From the NCBI GenBank assembly GCA_965214585.1, contig OZ243957.1, positions 567,331-631,330 on the forward strand: a stretch of DNA of 64,000 nucleotides, read 5' to 3'. This document shows, piece after piece, positions 17,990-27,835 of the stretch (its first letter is position 1; each line of letters begins with the position of its first letter). Origin of the DNA: Pyrinomonadaceae bacterium. GTDB lineage: Bacteria > Acidobacteriota > Blastocatellia > Pyrinomonadales > Pyrinomonadaceae. The notes beneath the pieces are model-generated. The model had not been told where the DNA came from, made no database searches, and worked only from the letters and a program-made list of their open reading frames with translations. The position numbers and the translations under genes were made by a program.

Positions 17990-20900
17990 TCATCCAATCA
18001 AATTTTCCGATGTTTCAATTAAATTCGTTTCAATCCACTCGATTAAAACCGTTTGCAAATCAATATTTTCAAGCGAAAAAGTCTTTTCCAAAAACAAATC
18101 TTTGACCTTATTTTGTGCCAAATCATAAACGCGCCGTTCGGTTTGAAACTTTACGGAATCGCGTTTTATCAAATCTTCGGGAAGTTCGTATTTTACAAAT
18201 TCCGCTTCGGTTAAATCAATCAAAACGCGGTTGCTTCGCGTGCCGTGAACAAAGCGGTGAACGCCCGTTTCTGCGCCGAAACGCGGCAGAGCGAGTTCGC
18301 CTTCGATGGAAAGCAAAACGCCGAAAGTTTCCTGTGATGCGGACTTTATAAATTTTTCCGCGTCCGCGATTTCCTTGCGATAGACGGCGCGATTAAAAAG
18401 CAGTTTGTCTTCGATTTTAACGTCTTTTTGTTTTTCCGTCGTGAACGCCAGACAATTTGTGATTTCCGCTTTTGAATGTTTGAAACAAACCGCGAACAGA
18501 CGCAAAAGTTTGAATAACTCGCTCGCGTTTTCGCTGAAAAATGCGAGTTTTATTTCGTTCGGATTTTGATATTGGAATTTCAAAAGTTTAAAAAGATAAT
18601 CTTGAAACTGATTTTCTTTTTTAATTATTTCATCGGCGTATTTTCGGTTTTCGCCCGCCGATTTTCCGTAGATTTCAAGCAGAATTTCATCTTCCGTTCG
18701 GCTGACTTCAAAGGCAAAATCTTTAACATTTTTCAAAAATTTTTCGATTTTCAATTTGCGTTCGATGCGTTTTCGGTCTTCGTCATAAATCCATTTCCCG
18801 CGTTTTTGGGCGGCTTCAAGCCGAATAATTTGATAAATTTCATCGCTTAATTCGGTCAAACGATAACTGGTGAGAAGTTTCTGCGTTCGGCGGCGAAGTT
18901 CGGCGATGCGTTCGGCATTTGTCGCTAAAATTGCCGTCGCCGTTTTACGCTTTTTCGGTTCGTCTTCGCGGATAAAATCGAGCGCGATTTTTCCGTTTTT
19001 AACTGCGGTTTCGACAATCAATTTTTCATCCGTCGGGCGCAAATTGAGTTCGGCGGAAAGCGGCGCGAGCAGATTTTTTTCAATAATCCGTTTCAGCGGA
19101 CGCGCTCCGTAACGAATGTCGTAACCCGTTTTTGCTAAATGCTTTAACACATCTTTGCCGATTTCCAATTTAACGGGACGAAACCGCAAACCGTCGCGCA
19201 TTTTCAGTTTTTCGATTTCCAAATCGGCGATTTTCAACACGGTTTTTTCGTCCAGCGGCGCGAACGGAACGATGCGGTCAAGCCGATTAAAAATTTCCGG
19301 TCTGAGAAAATCACGGACGGCGGAATCGAAATGTTTAACGGCGGCTTGTTTTTGCCGCGAATTATTTACAAAACCGGACTTTCCGCGCTGAAATTCGCTC
19401 GCGCCGAGATTTGATGTCATTACGATAATCGAATTTGTAAAATCCGCCGTGCGTCCGGCGGAATCGGTCAGACGACCTTCGCCGAGCATCTGCAAAAGCA
19501 GATCGAAAAACGAAGAATGCGCTTTTTCAAATTCGTCTAAAAGCACAACCGAGAAAGGCTGTTCGCGCACCTTCGCCGTTAAAAGTCCTTCCGCTTCGCC
19601 CGTTCCGCCGATCAGACGCTGCACCGAAATTGCGTTTGAAAATTCGCTCATATCAAAACGAATCATTCTCGATTCGTCGGAAAAGAAAAATTTGGCGAGC
19701 GATTTTGTCAATTCGGTTTTGCCGACTCCGGTTGGACCGATAAATAAAAGCGAAGCAATCGGTTTTCGCGGGCGCGTGAGTTTTGCTTTAACCGTTGCAA
19801 TCAAATCGGTTATCAGTTTCACGGCTTCATTTTGTCCGATGACTTTTTCCGCAAAAAACTTTTCCGTTTGCGATAAATTGAGCCGGATTTCGTCATTTAA
19901 AAGCAGTTCGGGCAAACCTGTTTCGTTTGAAAATTCCGCGTAAACTTTTTTTATCGAAAGTGTTTCGCCGTTTTCCAAACCGGCAAAAACATTTCGCAAA
20001 AATCTGGCAGGTCTGCCGGGAAAAGCCGAATATGTCGAATATCGGCGATGAATTTGGTCAATCGTTTTTATCGCGTTTGTGTCGGCTTTGTTTGAAAATT
20101 CCTTCGCCGCCGATTCTAAAATTTTCCGGCTCGTTTTTTTGTTCGGTTCTTCGATGCGGATTTGCTGAAACGCGCTCAAAAGATTCGGGTCGCTTTTTTC
20201 CAGAACCGGAATTTGTTCGGGTGTGCATTCGACGGCGACGACGATTTCGCCGCGGGCGATTTTCGGGCGCAGAAACGACGCGATGCCTTGCGTCGAATGG
20301 CTGCTTTTGCCGACTTCGAGCAGTTCGATCAAGTTTCCCAAATGCAAAATCGCGTTTTCTTTTTTCGCCTCGTCAATCAATTTTGAAGCGCGTTCCTGCC
20401 ACATTCCGAATCCGGTTTGTCCGGCGATCAGACGCGCACCGCTTGTCGCCCAAAACTTAAATTCCTTCAAACCGAGTTTTTCACGACGGCGCACCATTTC
20501 ATTGAAAATTGCCGTTTTTCCAACGCCCGCCGCGCCGACTAATAAAACGCCCGTCCGCTGATTTCCTTTGAAAATCTCCGCTAGAAGTTCCGTCTGTTTT
20601 TCCGTTTCGTAAGCGGTTTTTAGTTTTACGTTTGTTAAATCCGTGCCGATTTCTTCTAAAACGGATTTCTTTTCCGCTTCGTCTTTTTCTTCGGCAATCG
20701 CGCGTTGCTTCGCCGTCGGAAGATTGACGGCGAGTTCGTTTTTTTCGATGGAAATATTTTCGGTGCGTTCGAGCCAGCGCAGATATTGCAGAGATTTCGT
20801 CCAACCGTCGCGTTTGAGCGCGGCGAGAATTTCCGTTTCTATTTTCGCTTCAAAATCCTTTTGTTTTCTGGATAAAACAGCGATGTGAAGCGCGGGAATA

Positions 20901-21229
20901 TATGCGTAAAAATAACCGTCTTCGCGCTCGATTTTTACATAGTGAATTTTTACTTTCACCGCATCGCGCCACATTTCCGTCTTTTTCGGCGGTTCGATTT
21001 CCAATTCGATTTCCTTGATCTCCGCGTTTTCCGGCACGATTCGCTTGTATAAATTCGCGGCGTAATCGGCTTTTAAAATCACGTCTGCGTTAACACGGGC
21101 GTTATGTTTTGCCGAATCTTCTTTTGTGTGAAAGCGCGATATTTCGGGAAAATTCAACGCTTCGGAAATGAAAGTTTCGTCTTCGAGATGCTGCGTCAAA
21201 ATTATGAGCGAAAAAAAATGTGTCGGCAT
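17990..21229 (-). CDS. ClpA/ClpB-family double-ring AAA+ ATPase paralog 3 with unique N-domain and ~330-aa C-terminal extension
   Basis: 1079 aa. D1 GAAGVGKTA with degenerate Walker B LHLGNLIE. D2 GPTGVGKTE, VVLLDEFEKA, SNLG, GARPLKR. SGF at the IGL-loop position. C-terminal AETGxHxFV motif shared with paralog 2. Confidence 0.8.
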   Translation of the reverse strand: MPTHFFSLIILTQHLEDETFISEALNFPEISRFHTKEDSAKHNARVNADVILKADYAANLYKRIVPENAEIKEIELEIEPPKKTEMWRDAVKVKIHYVKIEREDGYFYAYIPALHIAVLSRKQKDFEAKIETEILAALKRDGWTKSLQYLRWLERTENISIEKNELAVNLPTAKQRAIAEEKDEAEKKSVLEEIGTDLTNVKLKTAYETEKQTELLAEIFKGNQRTGVLLVGAAGVGKTAIFNEMVRRREKLGLKEFKFWATSGARLIAGQTGFGMWQERASKLIDEAKKENAILHLGNLIELLEVGKSSHSTQGIASFLRPKIARGEIVVAVECTPEQIPVLEKSDPNLLSAFQQIRIEEPNKKTSRKILESAAKEFSNKADTNAIKTIDQIHRRYSTYSAFPGRPARFLRNVFAGLENGETLSIKKVYAEFSNETGLPELLLNDEIRLNLSQTEKFFAEKVIGQNEAVKLITDLIATVKAKLTRPRKPIASLLFIGPTGVGKTELTKSLAKFFFSDESRMIRFDMSEFSNAISVQRLIGGTGEAEGLLTAKVREQPFSVVLLDEFEKAHSSFFDLLLQMLGEGRLTDSAGRTADFTNSIIVMTSNLGASEFQRGKSGFVNNSRQKQAAVKHFDSAVRDFLRPEIFNRLDRIVPFAPLDEKTVLKIADLEIEKLKMRDGLRFRPVKLEIGKDVLKHLAKTGYDIRYGARPLKRIIEKNLLAPLSAELNLRPTDEKLIVETAVKNGKIALDFIREDEPKKRKTATAILATNAERIAELRRRTQKLLTSYRLTELSDEIYQIIRLEAAQKRGKWIYDEDRKRIERKLKIEKFLKNVKDFAFEVSRTEDEILLEIYGKSAGENRKYADEIIKKENQFQDYLFKLLKFQYQNPNEIKLAFFSENASELFKLLRLFAVCFKHSKAEITNCLAFTTEKQKDVKIEDKLLFNRAVYRKEIADAEKFIKSASQETFGVLLSIEGELALPRFGAETGVHRFVHGTRSNRVLIDLTEAEFVKYELPEDLIKRDSVKFQTERRVYDLAQNKVKDLFLEKTFSLENIDLQTVLIEWIETNLIETSENLIG

Positions 21230-21385
21230 ATTTTTTGGATTTTAGCAGAGATTTTGGAAATGATGAAGATAAAAATTTTTAGCGATGGTCAGGATGAATA
21301 AATTATTCGTCTTTTACAAAATTTGCGAAATTAAAATTTTCGCGCGGATTTTACTAAAAACCGGCTCGCAGTTATTATTTATTTT

Positions 21386-22534
21386 ATGCAAACTGCCGAA
21401 AAGATAAAAGAATTTCAATTACCGAATCGCCTGCAAAAAGTTCAACCGACTTTGATCAGACAGATTTTCAACCGCGCTCTGCCCGATTCGATAAATTTCG
21501 GTTTGGGCGAACCGGATTTGCCGACTCCGCGTTTTATCCGTGAGGAAGCGGCGCGTGTAACTCTTGACGAACAAAACGGTTATACGGCGCACGCGGGACT
21601 TCCTGAGCTTAGAAAAAAAATTGCCGAGCAGTATCCGCATCTCGATTTGGGCTTGGAGCAGGTTTGCGTCTGCGTCGGTTCGCAGGAAGCGATGACCGCC
21701 GCGTTTTTGGCGACTATTGATAAAGGCGACGAAGTTCTGATTCCGAATCCGGCATTTCCGGCTTATGTTAATTGCGTAAATTTAGCGCAGGGCGTTCCGG
21801 TTTTTTATAATTTGCCTGCGGAAAATGATTTTGCTTTTGATGTTGAAGATTTTAAAGCGAAAATCACGCCGAAAACAAAAGCCGCAGTTGTTATTTCGCC
21901 TTCAAATCCGACGGGGAAAATTTTTACAAAAGAGGATTTAGAGCAAATTGCCGACGTTTTAAAAGATACGGGAATTTATCTGATTTCCGACGAAATTTAT
22001 TCGGAACTTTATTTTACGGACGAAAAACCGCGTTCGGCTTCGGAATTTTACGACAGAACTCTGATCGTTTCGGGTTTGTCGAAATCTCTGAGTATGACGG
22101 GTTGGCGAATGGGCTGGCTGGCTGGCGCAGACACCGATGTTGTCAAAGCGGTTTTGACAATTCACGGATTTTTGACCGTCTGCACCTCGACCATTACGCA
22201 GAAGGCTTCGCTTTTGGGTTGGACGGACGAAGCCGAAAAAGCGAAAGCCGAAGCGCGTGAAATTTATAAAAAACGCGGAGAATTTTTGATAAAACTTCTT
22301 GATGAAGAATTGGGCTTACGCGGAACTTCGCCGGAAGGCGCGTTTTATACGATGGTTGACGTGCGAAAACTCGGCGATGATTTTGAACTTGCCGAAAAGT
22401 TTCTGGCAAACCGCGTTATCACAGTTCCCGGCGTGGCGTTCGGTTCGGAAGCGAAAGGTTTTTTGCGCGTTTCGTTTTGCAATAATGAAGAAAAAATTGC
22501 GGAAGGCGTAAGGCGTATGAAAGAAGTTTTGTGA
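21386..22534 (+). CDS. pyridoxal-phosphate-dependent aminotransferase, class I/II (aspartate aminotransferase-like)
   Basis: 382 aa; PLP lysine motif SGLSKSLSMTGWRMGW. Confidence 0.8.
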   Translation: MQTAEKIKEFQLPNRLQKVQPTLIRQIFNRALPDSINFGLGEPDLPTPRFIREEAARVTLDEQNGYTAHAGLPELRKKIAEQYPHLDLGLEQVCVCVGSQEAMTAAFLATIDKGDEVLIPNPAFPAYVNCVNLAQGVPVFYNLPAENDFAFDVEDFKAKITPKTKAAVVISPSNPTGKIFTKEDLEQIADVLKDTGIYLISDEIYSELYFTDEKPRSASEFYDRTLIVSGLSKSLSMTGWRMGWLAGADTDVVKAVLTIHGFLTVCTSTITQKASLLGWTDEAEKAKAEAREIYKKRGEFLIKLLDEELGLRGTSPEGAFYTMVDVRKLGDDFELAEKFLANRVITVPGVAFGSEAKGFLRVSFCNNEEKIAEGVRRMKEVL

Positions 22535-22679
22535 TAAATCGTAAAATCGGGAAAAGGTTAAAAAATTTCAGACGAGCGCGGCAGATTTAATAAATAAATC
22601 GTCGCGCTTTCTTTTTTGGTGCGGTTAAATTAAACTTAGCACTTTTAATAATCATATTAATTCGGACAAATTTAATAAA

Positions 22680-23720
22680 ATGAGCAGAAAATATCGAGTA
22701 GGAATTTTAGGAGCGACAGGCACAGTCGGGCAGCGTTTTGTCCAGCTTCTTGAAAATCATCCGCAGTTTGAGATAACGGCACTTGCGGCTTCGGAGCGTT
22801 CGGCGGACAAGTCGTATCGTGAAGCGTGCGCTTGGAAACTGACGGGCGATATGCCGGAAAGCGTAAAGGAAATCAGAGTTCAGCCGATTGAGCCGCCGCT
22901 TGACTGCGATCTGGTTTTTTCGAGCCTGCCGTCGAGTGCGGCGCGTGAAGCGGAAGAAAAATTTGCCCGCGCGGGTTATCCGGTTATCAGCAATTCTTCG
23001 GCATATCGGATGGACAACGACATTCCGCTTTTAATTCCCGAAATCAATGCCGAACATCTCGGTCTGATTGATTTCCAGCGGGAAAAACGCGGTTTCGACA
23101 AAGGTTTTATCGTAACGAATCCGAACTGCTCGGTTGTTACATTTGCTCCGCCGCTTGCCGCTTTGCACGGAAAATTCGGCGTTGAATCGGTTTTTATAAC
23201 GACTTTGCAGGCGATCTCCGGCGCGGGTTATCCGGGCGTTTCCTCGTTTGATATTATGGATAATGTTTTGCCGTATATCGCCGGCGAAGAGCCGAAAGTG
23301 GAAACCGAAGCGCAGAAAATTCTCGGCGAATTAAAGGGCGAACAAATTGAAAAAGCTGATTTTACCGTGAGCGCACAATGTTTTCGCGTTCACGTTCTCG
23401 ACGGACACACGGCTTCGGTTCGCGTAAAACTAAAGCAGACCTCGACGCTCGAAGGCGTAACCGATGCAATGGTTAATTTTCCGAAACTCGCTCTGCACTC
23501 TTCGCCCGAACAATTTATATACGTTTGCGACGAGCCTTCGCGCCCGCAGCCGCGCCTTGACCGCGACAACGGCGGCGGAATGACGATCACCGTCGGCAGG
23601 CTTTTCCCGGACAATATTTTCGATTACCGTTTTGTTTGCCTGAGCCATAACACCGTGCGCGGCGCGGCGGGTTCGGCAATTCTGAATGCGGAACTCTTAA
23701 TTGACAAAAATTTGATTTGA
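22680..23720 (+). CDS. asd: aspartate-semialdehyde dehydrogenase
   Basis: 346 aa; N-terminal Rossmann GILGATGTVGQ; catalytic Cys in NPNCS motif. Confidence 0.85.
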   Translation: MSRKYRVGILGATGTVGQRFVQLLENHPQFEITALAASERSADKSYREACAWKLTGDMPESVKEIRVQPIEPPLDCDLVFSSLPSSAAREAEEKFARAGYPVISNSSAYRMDNDIPLLIPEINAEHLGLIDFQREKRGFDKGFIVTNPNCSVVTFAPPLAALHGKFGVESVFITTLQAISGAGYPGVSSFDIMDNVLPYIAGEEPKVETEAQKILGELKGEQIEKADFTVSAQCFRVHVLDGHTASVRVKLKQTSTLEGVTDAMVNFPKLALHSSPEQFIYVCDEPSRPQPRLDRDNGGGMTITVGRLFPDNIFDYRFVCLSHNTVRGAAGSAILNAELLIDKNLI

Positions 23721-23800
23721 AAAAATATTAGTAGTTAGCTGCTCGCTGCTAAATACGGCGAACTATCTTAACAACGAACTACAAAACATTAACAAAAAAA

Positions 23801-24910
23801 ATGCTTATTGCCCCGAAACCAAAACAGAGATTTGCCGGAAAGGTATTGATTGCCGCGGCGATAATCGCCGCCGTCATACTATTTTTCCTGCTGTTTTATT
23901 ACGCGATAGACGTAATTTTATCGCTCTTTGCGGGCGTTCTGATGGCGATATTTTTTCGTAAATTGGGCAACAAGCTGAGTCACTACACGAACTTGCCGAT
24001 AACCGTATCGGTTATTTTCGTCGCTTTTCTTTTGATTGGTATTCTCGGCTGGGGCGCGTGGACGCTCGCTCCGAAAGTCGCCGATCAGATAATGAATCTG
24101 CGCGGCGAATTTCCGCTGGTGATGGAAACGGTTAGAACGAGATTAGCCGCATATAATTGGGGAAGATTGATTCTCGAACAGATTCCCGAATGGGATACGA
24201 TCATTGACACGGTTATTTCGGGAGCTTTTCTCAGACGCATCGGCGGATTTTTCTCAACCGGAGTCGGAATCTTCGTAAATTTTATAATCGTCGTTTTGGT
24301 GGCGATTTATCTGGCAATTGAACCGAAAACATACATTGAAGGATTTATAAAACTTTTCCCGTTCGAGCGGCGCGAGCGAATGCGCGAAGTTATCTATGTA
24401 ATCGGCGACACTCTGTTCTGGTGGCTGCTCGGAAGATTTGCCGCGATGATTCTGATCGGCATTTTGATAACCCTGGGCTTGATGTATCTGAATGTTCCTC
24501 TCGCTTTAACGCTCGGAATTATCGCCGCGCTTTTCGATTTTATACCGAACTTCGGTCCGATTCTGTCGGTCATTCCCGCCGCGCTGATCGCTCTCGCCGA
24601 AAGTCCGACGACTGCTTTATATGTCGTGATCTTATACGTTGTCATACAATTTATGGAAAGCTATCTGATAACGCCTCTGATTAACAAAAAGACAATCGAA
24701 CTACCGCCCGTTCTGACCATTGTTTTCCAGATTCTGCTCGGCGTTCTCATCGGCGGACTCGGACTTATTTTGGCATCACCGATCTTAGCCGTAATAATAG
24801 TTTCGGTCAAAATGCTCTACATCGAAGACGTTTTGGGCGACAAAGCGGAAGTTCCGGTTGAAATACCCGATATTGAAGCAGAGAAAGAAAAGGAAGAATC
24901 GGAAAACTGA
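23801..24910 (+). CDS. AI-2E family transporter (PerM-like)
   Basis: 369 aa polytopic membrane protein; paralog of next gene (FIPNFGPILS motif in both). Confidence 0.75.
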   Translation: MLIAPKPKQRFAGKVLIAAAIIAAVILFFLLFYYAIDVILSLFAGVLMAIFFRKLGNKLSHYTNLPITVSVIFVAFLLIGILGWGAWTLAPKVADQIMNLRGEFPLVMETVRTRLAAYNWGRLILEQIPEWDTIIDTVISGAFLRRIGGFFSTGVGIFVNFIIVVLVAIYLAIEPKTYIEGFIKLFPFERRERMREVIYVIGDTLFWWLLGRFAAMILIGILITLGLMYLNVPLALTLGIIAALFDFIPNFGPILSVIPAALIALAESPTTALYVVILYVVIQFMESYLITPLINKKTIELPPVLTIVFQILLGVLIGGLGLILASPILAVIIVSVKMLYIEDVLGDKAEVPVEIPDIEAEKEKEESEN

Positions 24911-24958
24911 GGAGATTTACAATTTTTCCGTATTAACTCGGAAATTTCAATAAATTAA

Positions 24959-26095
24959 ATGACGGAAATCGTTAAACAAAACCACTTTATCAAACGCCTT
25001 TTAATTATCTGCGCGGTAATCACGCTGATAATTCTCTTAGTATTTTTCTTTATCAATGTTATAGACGTATTGATGCTGGCGTTTGCGGCTGTTTTGCTGG
25101 CTGTTTTTCTAAACGGTCTGGGAAATCTTTTAAGCCGTTTCGTCAATATCTCCGAAGGCAAATCCGTTCTGCTCGTTTCGTTAATCTTGCTCGTAGTTTT
25201 GGGAATAAGCATCGCTTTGCTTGCGCCGAGCGTTGCCGAGCAGGTCAGGCATCTGCGCGAGGAACTTCCCGAATCCGCCCGAACTTTGAGCGCGAATTTA
25301 TCCGAATACAGTTGGGGCAGAGCGATTATCGAAAATCTGCCAAGCACCGACGACATTATCAACAGAATCAGTTCGGCAAACATTTTATCGAGCGTCGGCG
25401 GATTTTTCTCTTCGACGGTAGGAATGATCGCCAATTTTTTTATAACTATTTTGGTGGCGATTTATCTGGCAACCGAACCGCAGACATATCTGAATGGATT
25501 TGCAAAACTTTTTCCGATCAAACGCCGCCGACGCGTGCGCGAAGTTACGGCTGAAATCGGCGAAACTCTGCAATGGTGGCTGATCGGCAAGTTCGGCTCG
25601 ATGCTGGTGATCGGCGTTTTAACTTGGATCGGTTTGTCAATTATCGGCGTTCCACTCGCCTTAACGCTCGGTCTGATCGCCGGACTTTTATCGTTTATTC
25701 CGAATTTCGGTCCCATTTTATCGGCGATTCCGGCAATTTTGCTGGCGTTCATCGAAAGTCCCGTTACCGCGCTTTACGTTATCGGTTTGTATATCGCCGT
25801 TCAACTGATCGAATCGAATCTGGTCACGCCCTGGATTGAACGGCAAACCGTCGAAATGCCGCCTGCTCTGACGATTCTGGCGCAATTGATCTTAGCCGTT
25901 TTGATCGGCGGATTAGGCTTGGTTTTGGCAACTCCGATTGTCGCAGTCGGAATGGTTTTAGTGCAGATGCTTTACATTGAAGACGTTCTGGGCGACGCGG
26001 ATACGGAAATTAATCAAGAAAATAATCTGGTTGATATAGCCGAAGAAAAAATCACGGACGCAAAAGACGCGGTTGTAAATTTAACTCACGAATAA
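24959..26095 (+). CDS. AI-2E family transporter (PerM-like), tandem paralog
   Basis: 378 aa; same architecture and shared motifs with 23801-24910. Confidence 0.75.
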   Translation: MTEIVKQNHFIKRLLIICAVITLIILLVFFFINVIDVLMLAFAAVLLAVFLNGLGNLLSRFVNISEGKSVLLVSLILLVVLGISIALLAPSVAEQVRHLREELPESARTLSANLSEYSWGRAIIENLPSTDDIINRISSANILSSVGGFFSSTVGMIANFFITILVAIYLATEPQTYLNGFAKLFPIKRRRRVREVTAEIGETLQWWLIGKFGSMLVIGVLTWIGLSIIGVPLALTLGLIAGLLSFIPNFGPILSAIPAILLAFIESPVTALYVIGLYIAVQLIESNLVTPWIERQTVEMPPALTILAQLILAVLIGGLGLVLATPIVAVGMVLVQMLYIEDVLGDADTEINQENNLVDIAEEKITDAKDAVVNLTHE

Positions 26096-26167
26096 GGTCA
26101 GATCAAAAACTTTTTTTCATAATGATTAATTGGTCTGATTTTTAAGTTTTTTGGTAATTGAAGTTTT

Positions 26168-26305
26168 GCGGGCGAGAGAGCAACCCTTCCTGACCTGCCA
26201 TCTTTTTATTCTTGAGCAGTTAATTGTAGTAATCTGTTCAAGATAAAGTGAAAAAGCAACAGGTTATCAAATTTACAGGTTTGGAAGGGTTGCTCTCTCG
26301 CCCGC
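26168..26305. repeat. MITE-like repeat family E copy 1 (23-bp TIR gcgggcgagagagcaacccttcc)
   Basis: perfect TIRs 26168-26190 / 26283-26305; second copy in inverted orientation at 55346-55488. Confidence 0.75.
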
Positions 26306-26339
26306 TGTGTAACAAGTAAAAACGCCGGATAATTTAAAG

Positions 26340-26489
26340 ATTGCTCTATTAATTACAAATTAGGCATTGATAATTTTGGCATTATGTCACGAAAAAATCT
26401 AATACGGCTTACCAGTAAATAGGTTCGATATAATGCAGAAACACGCACGAAGTAAGTGTGTCTTTTGCACACTTACTTCGTGCGTGTTT
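26340..26489. repeat. repeat family F copy (aggcattgataatt...tgtcacgaaaaaa) followed by 25-bp-stem perfect hairpin (26431-26489)
   Basis: shared motif with 35085-35160; gcagaaacacgcacgaagtaagtgtg / cacacttacttcgtgcgtgtttctgc exact inverted arms. Confidence 0.65.
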
Positions 26490-26559
26490 CTGCAAAACCG
26501 ACTTATCATACCTGCCAAATGATTCTCGGTATAAAACATACAAGAGATAAAACAAAGGT

Positions 26560-26700
26560 GCTGTCTGCAAATACGCGAATCAGTAGTTGAAAATAGCTTC
26601 GTTCTTATTCTTTCAGCCTGTTAAGACAGGTTGAAACGCCGACTCAACATTTATTTTTCAACTACTGATTCGCATAAATGAATTTTTGCCTGTGATTAAA
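26560..26700. repeat. palindromic element H (21-bp arms gcgaatcagtagttgaaaata / tatttttcaactactgattcgc)
   Basis: arms around 26573-26593 and 26652-26672 read directly. Confidence 0.6.
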
Positions 26701-26749
26701 CGGCAATCCCCATAACTGTCGCGCTTTCAACCTTTATCTACGCTCTTAC

Positions 26750-27742
26750 TCACTTAATTTTTTTCCAATTATCCAAAATATAACCCGCAATTCCGGGAAT
26801 AATATTGCGGTCATTCGCTTGGTTTTCCGTAAAAACTACCAACACGAATTTCAAACCGTCCGCCGTTTCGATGTAAGCCGCATCGTGGCGCGTTTTGGAA
26901 GTCCAACCGGCTTTTGACCATAACTTTGCGTTTTTCATATCGCGGTTTATCAACGCGATGCCCGTAAAACCGTGCGCTTGGTCTTCGATGTCGTCTGTTT
27001 TTGAAAACGGATCGCGTTTCATCAACTCCAACATTTTTCGGCTTTTTTCCGGCGAAACTGCTCTGCCTAAAGCGATTTCCGCCATTAATTTTGCGGCTGC
27101 TTTGGTCGTCAGCATATTGCGGTTTTCGCCCGCGTAATTGCGAAACTGCTGTTCGCGCCCGTAAGCGTCTTCGCAGTGAGTTTTCTGGTTGACGTTGATA
27201 TTCGCGTAGCCGCGTGAAGCGAAATAACGATTGACCGCGTTTCGTTTGTAAGCCCAGTTTTTAAACTCTTTTTCGGGCAGTTCGCCGCCGCTTGCCGTGT
27301 CGGTTATCACGTCTAAAATATACTGCGTCGCTTCGTTTGACGAAACTTCGATCATATCTTTTAAGCCGCGTTCGAGTTCGCCGGTCATCTTGATTTTGCC
27401 GTCTTTTAATTGCTGCTCAAGCGCGACCATATAAAACATTTTTACGACGCTCGCCGGATAAATCTGCGAATCGCCTTTGAAACTCGCGGTTGTAAGATTG
27501 TTCGGATCGCGCAGATCAATCAGAGTCGCGGCAACTTCGTCGGGTTTCACTTTTCCGCTTGCGAATTTTTCAGCCAGCGCGTGCGTTACGGCATCACCTA
27601 TAAGCGTTTGAAGTTCGTCGGATTCGACGAGTTTTAGCGGTTTGTAATTTTTATCCGCCGAATCGGATTTTTGCGCGAATGAATTGCTGTAAATTCCGCC
27701 GATGCAAAATAAAGCGACGAGCAAAAAAGTTAATTTTTTCAT
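26750..27742 (-). CDS. secreted class A beta-lactamase-related serine hydrolase
   Basis: 330 aa; signal peptide; S-x-x-K (ASVVK), SSN-like (SSNEAT) and KxG-like motifs. Confidence 0.65.
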   Translation of the reverse strand: MKKLTFLLVALFCIGGIYSNSFAQKSDSADKNYKPLKLVESDELQTLIGDAVTHALAEKFASGKVKPDEVAATLIDLRDPNNLTTASFKGDSQIYPASVVKMFYMVALEQQLKDGKIKMTGELERGLKDMIEVSSNEATQYILDVITDTASGGELPEKEFKNWAYKRNAVNRYFASRGYANINVNQKTHCEDAYGREQQFRNYAGENRNMLTTKAAAKLMAEIALGRAVSPEKSRKMLELMKRDPFSKTDDIEDQAHGFTGIALINRDMKNAKLWSKAGWTSKTRHDAAYIETADGLKFVLVVFTENQANDRNIIPGIAGYILDNWKKIK

Positions 27743-27835
27743 AGAAATCTCCTCTAAAGTCTTTACGAAAACATTTTTTCAGAGTATAAACGAAAAACCA
27801 ATAAATTTCTAAATTCGGGGAAAAACATCAAAATT

